DNA of 62,406 nucleotides from Promethearchaeota archaeon (GTDB lineage: Archaea; Asgardarchaeota; Lokiarchaeia; Sigyniarchaeales; SOKP01): the NCBI GenBank assembly GCA_016840085.1, contig JAEOTA010000034.1, positions 1-62,406 of the forward strand. The letters are read 5' to 3'. Position numbers and translations under genes: made by a program. Below the pieces are notes generated by a model that did no database searches, had not been told where the DNA came from, and saw only the letters and a list, made by a program, of their open reading frames with translations. This document shows positions 1 through 8,579 of the stretch, one piece after another. Positions within the stretch are counted from its first letter, which is position 1. Each line of letters starts with the position of its first letter.

Positions 1-2
1 AG

Positions 3-173
3 ATGTTTGAGACGAAATTTGAAGAGTTTAAAATCATTTTATCCGAATTGCCTGATAAACGGGTTATGGGAGCCCAGCATAGATATTTTCAAGCAGAATT
101 TAAGAAGCTTGATACATGGTTTGGCAAGTACCAAGAGATTTGGAACAAGTATTTCGCGCTAAAAAAAGAATGA
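3..173 (+). CDS. hypothetical protein (probably 3' end of a gene entering from the left)
   Basis: Open frame MFETKFEEFKIILSELPDKRVMGAQHRYFQAEFKKLDTWFGKYQEIWNKYFALKKE* read manually. Confidence 0.45.
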   Translation: MFETKFEEFKIILSELPDKRVMGAQHRYFQAEFKKLDTWFGKYQEIWNKYFALKKE

Positions 174-236
174 AGGTCAGCGAAAGATTTAAACACAATC
201 ACTTAATTTTGTAACTACCCACAGAAGTTAGCATAT

Positions 237-455
237 TTGATGATTGGTATTAGTACACTAATTATTATAGTAGGCTTGGGTATATTGTTTGTTTCAGAGC
301 AAATAGTTTCATTTCAATCAGAATGGGATATGGGTGGAAACTATAAAAGGGAAATTGATATATATCCGGTTGGATCTATTATGATGATTATTGGATTTAT
401 TCTTGGAGTATCCTGTTCTTTATTAAAAACAAAATTAAATTATTTTAAAGTTTAA
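237..455 (+). CDS. small two-TM membrane protein
   Basis: 72 aa with two hydrophobic segments flanking a polar loop. Confidence 0.55.
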   Translation: MMIGISTLIIIVGLGILFVSEQIVSFQSEWDMGGNYKREIDIYPVGSIMMIIGFILGVSCSLLKTKLNYFKV

Positions 456-725
456 CAATAATAAATAAAACTTATAATAAAAAGGAAGTGAACACAATTT
501 CTTGTTTTGCCATGATATTTTAGATTCTATATACATCTATTTAAATGAAAAAATAAGATTGGCTACAAAATTCAGTGATGGCGAAATGATCTGATCACAT
601 TTTGTGTCGTAATCAATAAAAATAAGGATTTCCCCAACCAAGTAAATTAGAACTCCTTAATTTCGGATGGAAAATGATTTAGAGTTAGCGAAAGATTTAT
701 AGGGAGCTTTTTCCTTAATTTAATT

Positions 726-1343
726 ATGTCAGTAACAAAATCAAGAGAAAAATTAGCTCCCATTAGGATAGAACAATGTACTCTAAATAAATTTTTTCCT
801 AATTTACCTGAACCTGAAGATCATAGCTTACTGGCAGAATTGGAAAGGAGAGAAGCATTATCTACTGATATAGGATATACGATAAGAATGAAAAGAAATG
901 GAACGATATGTATTAAAGAAACACATTGCCTTACATGTGGTTCCCGATTGGTTAAAAATGGATATAATGACAGGATTGCGATTTTAGATAATGGGCTTGG
1001 GAAACATGAGTTTCGCATTCAGAGAAAGCGTTGTTTTAGATGCGGAGAAATTAAACCTGATTATTCGAAGATTGCGCCAAAATATGGCAATTACCATGAG
1101 AACTATAGACGGAGGGCACGACAACATTATATGGAAGGGTTGATGCCCTCTCAAATTCAGCGAGTGTTTAAAATCGATTTTGGTATAAAGATTTCATTAA
1201 CCCCTCTTGTTAATTGGCTAAACGAGGCTGCTAAACCACTTAGAAAGACTTTAAAAGAGACACCTGTGCCCTCGAGTGGGTATTGGGGATATGACGAGAT
1301 CCATTTAAGAATTAGCAAAGAACGGAGAAGAAGCAGTTATTAA
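726..1343 (+). mobile_element. truncated DDE-type IS transposase (N-terminal Zn ribbon + HTH, breaks off just after the first catalytic Asp)
   Basis: CLTC...KNG...QRKRCFRC Zn ribbon, then an HTH-like region and GYWGYDEIHLRI, the first DDE strand. The ORF ends about 10 aa later. IS family not resolved. Confidence 0.75.
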
Positions 1344-1611
1344 ATATCTATTATTTTCAAAAAAACCAGATGTCATCATCATGGACTATAAAATACCGCT
1401 AAAAAATGGACTTGAAGCAACTAACGAAATATTACAAATTAATAACAAAGCAAAAATTATAATTGTAAGTGCGGATAAGGCTATTGAACACATAACCAAT
1501 GAGATTGGGGCAATAAGTTTTATAAAAAAACCCTTTGATAATAAAAGACTGGTAAAAAATATAGAAAAGGCAGTCAAAGGGGAAGTAAATAGTTACTTTA
1601 AATGTATTTAA
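1312..1611 (+). pseudogene. 5'-truncated CheY-like response regulator receiver domain
   Basis: The frame extends upstream of the listed ATG (1381): LAKNGEEAVIKYLLFSKKPDVIIMDYKIPLKNGLEAT...IIIVSAD...GAISFIKKPF. The N-terminal acidic-pocket strand is missing. Confidence 0.8.
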
Positions 1612-1762
1612 AACGAAATTACAAAAATCTATTATTAAAGGTGCTTTAAATCAAATATTAATACGATTATGAATTAGTATATAAACTCTAAATCATATAT
1701 TTTTCATAAATTTCAATAATAACAACATGTAAACTAGATATTAAATCTATATAGAAAACAAT

Positions 1763-1882
1763 GACTCCTGCCTACACCCTGGATTTTTGTCTTTTGGTAG
1801 TGTAAATTCTTACACTCTGATTTCGCCCTCCTCCCCCTATTGTATTTTTTCGACGCGTTTTTGCGTCTTGTTGGCAGGAGTC
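1763..1882. repeat. GC-rich structured element: 10-bp terminal inverted repeat with internal hairpins
   Basis: GACTCCTGCC (1763-1772) pairs with GGCAGGAGTC (1873-1882). Internal hairpins are AGTGTAA-attc-TTACACT (1799-1816) and GACGC-gttttt-GCGTC (1852-1867). A partial copy lies at 6942-7001. Confidence 0.6.
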
Positions 1883-2507
1883 CCCCTTTCTTATTGTTCT
1901 CATTTTAACCTGTAAATTCCTCCATATATTAATTCAAATTTACTTAAAAACGATTTTAACTTATAATTCTTCATAATTTTAATTCTATTAATTGAATCTG
2001 CAAATTTATTTTACTCCACTTCAGAAAAAATTAGTAATTTATAAGAATAAACTCCGAAGAATTCTTATAATTTTAAAATTATGTATTGTTATCGCGTACA
2101 ATTTCAAGTAAGTAATTATTAACTTTTTTATTAAACTCAATTTTTTTCAATTTAGCAAGTTCTAAAAGTTCAAATGAATCTTTTAAAGTAGTAGCAATCT
2201 CCTCCATAGTCTCTGTCTCTAGATGTCTTACTTTTTCTGTAAAATATTGATGGATATCATCTGATCATTTTACGTATTTTTCTGATTTTAAATATTCCAT
2301 ATGGTATTCGCTAGATTCTTCAAGTTCACCTTCCAATTTTCTAATTAATTTTTCTTTACTATTGACTTCCCCTTGTAGCTTTAGAATATCATACGCCAAT
2401 TTGAGCTAACACTAGGAACGAATATTGGCATTGATATTGCAAAATAGGTAGTTTTCTTAATAATAGGTTCTTGGTATTATCTTGATATTGTAGAAAAAAA
2501 TAATACT

Positions 2508-3156
2508 GTGAGTTTGTGTTACCTCCAAGTTGCATATGTATACCAAACTGGTCAAGCTTGCATAATTAGATGGCAAATAGACAAAGAATTTTTCCAAATA
2601 GATAGTTATCTTTATGAGAAGAGTACTCAGATTCAAATTATTGTGCTTGGAATTGTTAATAAATATGCTTTTGAGTGGAATATTTCCGGTTCCCTTAACG
2701 TCTCTAAATATTATCAAATCAAGGTGGTAGATAGTGGAAAATCCTTCGTTATATGGTTTTAGCGAATATTTTACAATTACGTATCTGCCAAGCATATCAA
2801 TTCATTCTCCTTTAAATGATACAGTATGGAATACAGGAAAAGATTATAAGATTCAGTGGACATCCACAGGTGTCATCTCTTCAGTAGATATTCATCTCTA
2901 CGAGACGTCTACTAAAGTCTTAAATATTGTTGAAAAGACTTCTAATGATGGGCTATATTATTGGACTATACCTAACAACCTTCAGGATTCTGCATTTTAC
3001 AGAATTTTAATTGTGGATTATGAGGATGTGCAGATACATGATTGAAATGACTATTTTGAGATTAAGAGCATCCCTGATAATGGCAATAGTAATAATAATG
3101 ATGATGAGGATGATAATAACGACATTTATGACTTAAAATATTGGCAGAATTCTTAA
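2508..3156 (+). pseudogene. disrupted surface protein with tandem Ser/Thr-rich Ig-like (Kre9/KNH-like) domains
   Basis: Two repeats of the pattern I.W...V.I.LY......I......NDG.Y.W.IP......Y.I.IVD. A frameshift near 2740 and an in-frame TGA at 3043-3045 interrupt it, and it continues NDYFEIKSIPDNGNSNNNDDEDD. Confidence 0.7.
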
Positions 3157-3333
3157 ATAAGTAAAATACAATCTATTTAAACTTGTTTTGTTAGTAAATA
3201 CTTAATAGAACCATAATGTAAATTGATTTCTTTAGAATTATAGAAAATCATTTCTCTCTACAACATATTTTTTATTTAAATAATAACCCTTGTAATAAAG
3301 AAATAATTAAATAAAAGAATTAAATGAGATAAT

Positions 3334-4653
3334 ATGGAATTATTATTTCATAAAGGTACTATTCGAATTGAAGGAAATTATAATAATCCTTATGCTAAAT
3401 GGGATAAAAGAGCAAATTGTTATAGAGCAGAAGCATTTTATTATAAAGATTTAATTGAGTATTTAAAACATATAGGTATTCAACACGAAGATAGTGTTTT
3501 AGATTTAATTCCTTGTCCACACTTTAGTTCTAATATAAAATTAAGAGATTACCAAAATGAGGCTTTAGAAAAATGGTTAATTAATAAAAAAGGGATAATT
3601 ATCTTACCAACTGGTTCGGGAAAAACGATCCTTGCAATTAAAATTATTGAAAAAATTAATTCGCCTACTTTTATAGTAGTTCCTACATTGGATTTAGTTA
3701 ATCAATGGAAAGAAGAATTGAAGAAAGCATTTAACTTAAAAATTGGAGAATTCACGGGGAAAAAAAAGGATATTCAATCTATAACAATTTCGACATATAA
3801 TTCAGCGTTTATAAATGCTGCATATTTAGGAAATAAATTTAAATTACTCATCTTTGACGAAGTTCACCATCTTCCTTCTGAAAGTTTTATACAAATTGCT
3901 GAGATGTTCGCTTCACCATACAGATTAGGTTTAACAGCAACTTATGAGAGGTCAGATGGTCTGCATGAAAAATTACCACGTTTAATCGGTGGTATTGTTT
4001 ATGAAAAAAAAGTAGATGATTTAACTGGAACATATCTCTCAAATTATAAAAAAGTCCGAATAAGCGTTGATTTAACAGAACAAGAGAAAATAATTTATGA
4101 TGAAAACATAGAAATCTTTAAGAATTTCTTGATTTCAAGGGATATACAAATATACAATAATTCAGATTTCCAAAAATTAATTATGCGTTCGGGTTCCGAT
4201 CCAGAAGCAAGAAAGGCAATATTATCGAGAAATGTTGCAATAAATATAGCTTATAATTCAAAAAATAAGATAGAGAAACTTAAAGAACTATTGAATAAAG
4301 AAGATCGGATAATGATTTTTACGAGATATAACAATATGGTTTATCAAATTTCAAGAAAGTTCCTAATCCCTTGTATAACATATAGAACGAATAATAAAGA
4401 AAGAAAAGATATATTAAAAAAATTTAAAAAGGCCATCTATACCGCAATTGTATCATCTCAAGTATTGGATGAAGGAATAGACGTTCCCGAGGCAAATATT
4501 GGAATTATCTTAAGTGGAACGGGGAGTAAAAGAGAATTCACTCAAAGATTAGGTCGATTATTGCGTCCAAGAAAAGGAAAAATTGCAATTCTTTATGAGT
4601 TAGTATCAAAAAATACAATGGAAGTTAAAACATCTTATAGGAGGAAAAAATAA
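3334..4653 (+). CDS. xpb: XPB/Rad25-like SF2 DNA helicase
   Basis: LRDYQ Q-motif, LPTGSGKT Walker A, DEVH, LGLTAT.ER.DG, VLDEGIDVP and QRLGRLLR. Stop overlaps the start of the next gene (TAATG). Confidence 0.92.
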   Translation: MELLFHKGTIRIEGNYNNPYAKWDKRANCYRAEAFYYKDLIEYLKHIGIQHEDSVLDLIPCPHFSSNIKLRDYQNEALEKWLINKKGIIILPTGSGKTILAIKIIEKINSPTFIVVPTLDLVNQWKEELKKAFNLKIGEFTGKKKDIQSITISTYNSAFINAAYLGNKFKLLIFDEVHHLPSESFIQIAEMFASPYRLGLTATYERSDGLHEKLPRLIGGIVYEKKVDDLTGTYLSNYKKVRISVDLTEQEKIIYDENIEIFKNFLISRDIQIYNNSDFQKLIMRSGSDPEARKAILSRNVAINIAYNSKNKIEKLKELLNKEDRIMIFTRYNNMVYQISRKFLIPCITYRTNNKERKDILKKFKKAIYTAIVSSQVLDEGIDVPEANIGIILSGTGSKREFTQRLGRLLRPRKGKIAILYELVSKNTMEVKTSYRRKK

Positions 4654-6134
4654 TGCTTTCAAAAGATTTACTCGTTGTTATTAAAAGGAATGGAGTGATA
4701 AGACCTAAATATCTTCGAGACTTGAATATAGCTAAGTCATTAATAGCAATCTTTAATGAACATGTTGGAACTAAGTATCAAGATTTACAACAAGACTTAA
4801 ATGCTTTCGAGGAAGGAAATAAGGATTACAAAGTAATTCGAGGATTAAGTACACTCTTGGAGCAAAATTGCGAATTTGAAACAAATTCAACCTTAGATAG
4901 TGTTAAAATTAGAAGCTTTTTATTTGAAAGAGGGTTAGTTATTGATGATTTTGAGAGAAATCAAATCATCGAGCAAGCTTGCGATTTTTTTAAAGGTTCA
5001 AAAGAAGAAATAGAAGAAGTTTTCTTTTCAGATTTACCTGAAGGAAAAATTTTAATAAAATTATCCCCAATATCCGCTCTAGATTTAATAAAAAGATATA
5101 ATTTATCCTTAACTCAAACATTACTATTCAATGCGTTAGAGCTAACCATCTCGATTGAGGGGAATTATCAGCAAATCTTTAGACAAATTAATTACCTCGG
5201 ACTAATGTATGAAATTGAAAAAAATGATTCTGAAATTTCTTTTATAAAAATAACAGGACCGGCTTCGCTACTAAGAAAAACAAAAAAATATGGTACGTCC
5301 TTTGCTAAACTTTTTAATTATATTATTAAGGCTGATAAATGGAGTCTTTCAGCTAAGATCGAAATGAAAAGTGGAAATGAGCCAAGAATTTATGATTTCA
5401 AGTTGAATTCAGAAGATTCGGTTTTATTATATAAAAATATGGTTGAAAATGATATTTTTGATAGTGAAGTAGAAGCTCAATTCTATAAAGATTTTAAATT
5501 ATATAACATGGGTTGGGAAATAAAAAGAGAACCAACTATTATAAGAACAAAAAATTATATAACCATCCCCGATTTTGGGTTTTATAAGCATGGACAAGAG
5601 CTTTTCTTAGAAGTTGTAGGATTTTGGACGCCAGAATACGTTAAGAAGAAAATTTGGAAACTCAAAAATGCTGAAACCAAGATTATGGTTGCTGTAAACC
5701 AAAATTTAAATTGCGAAAAAGGAGATTTTCCTAGCGAAGTAATCTTTTATAAAGACCGAATTCCCGTAAAACCAATAATCAAGATTTTAAAGAAGATTGA
5801 TGAGAAATATATAAAATTAGAAATAGAGAAACTTAAGACAGTAAAAATAACCGAAGATTTTGTTTCAATAGAAGAAAAAGCTAAAGAATTGAATGCTAGT
5901 ATTGAGAGTCTAAAGAAATTAGAATTAAATAACCATTATATCATTGGAGACATGATTGTATCGCAAAATTATTTACAAAAAGTAAAGGAAAAAATTGGTA
6001 CAGAGAGTGATTACTCCAAAATCTCACAAATCATAGCTGATAACAATTTAACATTAGGCGCTTTAGAATATATGGGTTATAAAATTGAATGGAAAGGGCT
6101 CGTACCAGTAAAAATTACTAATTTTAAAAAATAG
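4653..6134 (+). CDS. bax1: Bax1 / DUF790 family endonuclease
   Basis: RYNLSLTQTLLF, ITGPASL...KYG, FDSEVE..F, W...REP, IPDF and LEVVGFWTPEY motifs. Translationally coupled to XPB. Confidence 0.9.
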   Translation: MLSKDLLVVIKRNGVIRPKYLRDLNIAKSLIAIFNEHVGTKYQDLQQDLNAFEEGNKDYKVIRGLSTLLEQNCEFETNSTLDSVKIRSFLFERGLVIDDFERNQIIEQACDFFKGSKEEIEEVFFSDLPEGKILIKLSPISALDLIKRYNLSLTQTLLFNALELTISIEGNYQQIFRQINYLGLMYEIEKNDSEISFIKITGPASLLRKTKKYGTSFAKLFNYIIKADKWSLSAKIEMKSGNEPRIYDFKLNSEDSVLLYKNMVENDIFDSEVEAQFYKDFKLYNMGWEIKREPTIIRTKNYITIPDFGFYKHGQELFLEVVGFWTPEYVKKKIWKLKNAETKIMVAVNQNLNCEKGDFPSEVIFYKDRIPVKPIIKILKKIDEKYIKLEIEKLKTVKITEDFVSIEEKAKELNASIESLKKLELNNHYIIGDMIVSQNYLQKVKEKIGTESDYSKISQIIADNNLTLGALEYMGYKIEWKGLVPVKITNFKK

Positions 6135-6135
6135 C

Positions 6136-6579
6136 TTAATTATCTCTTGAAGTATTTCGTCTATAAAATATTATGCCATTTACAATTACTAAATTGGAAA
6201 ATGGATTGCGCTTCTTCATATAAGTGGTTGAAAATTCCTTGTCATAGTATCTCATTTTGAACATATCACGGATGTACTTTGCCTTATGTGAAATCGTTTT
6301 TTGAACAGTCCCAAAAAAATTACACACATCTTTGCTGCTAACGTAAGGTTCAAAACACCTATCAAAGAGAAAGTTGATGCTCCCTATAGCATGGACTATT
6401 GCTGCTGCCCAAATTTCCATACGACCTCTAATAAATGGAACATTATACTTATGAGACATCTTTAAAATAAGTTTCTCACATAATTGTTTATAATCATCAT
6501 CTAAATAGGCATCACAGAATCCAGCAGTTAATTTAATTAATTTTTGCTTCTTTTTCTCGATTAAAACCTTATCCCTCAT
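6136..6579 (-). CDS. DUF6398-like protein
   Basis: FC...LDDDY..LC..L..K..., RGR..IWAAAIVHAIGSINFLFD...EPY.S pattern. Confidence 0.7.
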   Translation of the reverse strand: MRDKVLIEKKKQKLIKLTAGFCDAYLDDDYKQLCEKLILKMSHKYNVPFIRGRMEIWAAAIVHAIGSINFLFDRCFEPYVSSKDVCNFFGTVQKTISHKAKYIRDMFKMRYYDKEFSTTYMKKRNPFSNLVIVNGIIFYRRNTSRDN

Positions 6580-6941
6580 TAAAGTCCCTCATACGATCAT
6601 AGTTTATATTCAATTAACTCTCTTCAATTGGATGATATTCATCTATAAATTCTTCCATAGTTTAAAGAGTTATTAGATATTTAGATATTTTCTTATTAAA
6701 TGGCTATTAACTAACTGTAATAGGATAAGGAAGAGTAGATGATTCGATCTAATAATTTGAAGGAATTAATAAAAAAGAATAATTAGAGAGAAATAAAATA
6801 TTAACATTCATTAATTATCCTATTTTTACTACACCATTCAATCAATTTTTTTTGCTCTAACTGGTTTATTAAAAGTTTAATAGTTTAAATAGTCAAAAAC
6901 CGAAGAATTATTTGCAAAAAATAAGATTTCTTACAAATACT

Positions 6942-7001
6942 CTGAATTTTTGTCTTTTGGTGTTTTTTAAAGGCTTGTTTGCCTCTCGTTTAGCAGGAGT
7001 C
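6942..7001. repeat. partial copy of the 1763-1882 element
   Basis: CTGAATTTTTGTCTTTTGGT vs CTGGATTTTTGTCTTTTGGT (1779-1798). Hairpin AGGC-ttgttt-GCCT is followed by GCAGGAGTC, as in the first copy. Confidence 0.5.
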
Positions 7002-7674
7002 ACTTTTTATCTTTTATGGATATTATATTACAAGATCAACACCTTTAAGTTCATATAATAGAATTCTAAAATAATGAGCTATAAAATATGTAGATTTAAA
7101 TATTAAATTACAAATATTTGATATATAAAAAAGACAAATTAGTTCATTTTAAAATTAGATTATGCTATAGGAATTCTGCAGCAAATGTTAAAAGAGAAAT
7201 CGTTCGGAATGGAATATATGTAATAATTGTTGAAATTTATTAATCTTATCTTATCCTCTCGAATTGATAAAATTTATAGAGACAATATTAAGAAAGTAGG
7301 ATCATAATATACTAAATACATCCTCAGAATTAAAAGAAAGTTTTATCTACATTGAAAAAGATGAAAATATGTTCTCTTTAAGCATATAATATTATTAATG
7401 GAAAGATAAGTCTGAGTTTTTATCTGAAACAGAATTTGGTATTCCAATAGAAGTCCCTAGACCAACTGTTCCGTTCTTAACTCCTTAGTTAATAATTGAC
7501 ACTAGAATTTCGTAAGGCATATGACCGAAATATCTCAACTCTCCCTTGATAAATCGTCTTACGCTTCAAACTTACATTTTTCACATAATGATATTACAGC
7601 TTAATAAATTGAGAAATTATTAATGAATTACTTGCCATAAAAATTTTAAATCTTCTTAGAAACCAAAAAAATAG

Positions 7675-8547
7675 TTATTTCATCAATAAATCCCTATTCA
7701 AGAGATATTCTCTAGGATAATATCGAATAACGCCCATCCCAGCAGTCCGGTTCGCTCCAACATTAGTATATTCTCCAACGCGAGATAAAATCTCCAACCA
7801 ACGGCAATTACCTGAATAATCTTCATTGACAAAATCTATATCATACTTTCGATTAAGTTCCTCTAAATAATGGACATAATAGTTTTTGTTTATCTTAGAA
7901 ACTTGGAAGCTCGCATTGCCTAATCCCCCAACAACAGGTATTTTTTTTCCAATCTCTGATCGCACCGTCCGCATCCTATAACCACTTATATATAGATGAG
8001 CATTTATCCAATTCAAAAATGGTTCTCGATCGAGTTTACATATTTCTGAAGCAAAATCATTCCAAATATTAACCAAATTCCCAAAAAGAAGGAGAGGAAT
8101 CGGAAATCGAACGGGATAATCGCCCATACTTGTATTAAAATAAATAAGCTTAACGAAATTTATGCTAAAGTTTTTAACTGGTTGAGATTTGTCAATAATT
8201 TGTTCCTTTAGATTAATTCGTTCGAATTTTACACTCGAAATATAATAATCTTTTTGACCAATTCTTAATTTAATTCGGTCATTTGAAATTAAATCTTTTA
8301 GCAATGTGTCGCTTAATTTATCATCAGCCGAAACTATTACGAAATCTAACTTTGGAATTTTTTTATGAATGATGCAATTTATTGAATAGGGGCGGACTTC
8401 CTCGTATTTATGAAGCTGATGGACTAACTCTGGCTTAATCTCATGGAGCCATTTCATTATGACGCCCCTGAATATATATCCATAAGGGTGCTCGTAAGGC
8501 TTAATCCGTCCGTCTTCTGGATAAAGCTCAAATGTTATTTTAATCAT
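7675..8547 (-). CDS. cas6: CRISPR-associated endoribonuclease Cas6
   Basis: C-terminal Gly-rich loop GEYTNVGANRTAGMG, LH...VRPYS, RFP.P..LF..L...WN. Last gene of the cas operon. Confidence 0.9.
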   Translation of the reverse strand: MIKITFELYPEDGRIKPYEHPYGYIFRGVIMKWLHEIKPELVHQLHKYEEVRPYSINCIIHKKIPKLDFVIVSADDKLSDTLLKDLISNDRIKLRIGQKDYYISSVKFERINLKEQIIDKSQPVKNFSINFVKLIYFNTSMGDYPVRFPIPLLLFGNLVNIWNDFASEICKLDREPFLNWINAHLYISGYRMRTVRSEIGKKIPVVGGLGNASFQVSKINKNYYVHYLEELNRKYDIDFVNEDYSGNCRWLEILSRVGEYTNVGANRTAGMGVIRYYPREYLLNRDLLMK

Positions 8548-8579
8548 ATGTATCTTCCGAAATATTATTTTTTTTAATT

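Noticed and set aside
2080-2400. Minus-strand coiled-coil-like frame (similar remnants near 7150-7560 and 32100-32360)
   Set aside because: It is interrupted by stops and has no recognisable family, so it is treated as unassignable decayed sequence.
3043-3045. In-frame TGA as selenocysteine
   Set aside because: It is not at a Cys-like position, and the same gene also has a frameshift, so decay is the simpler explanation.
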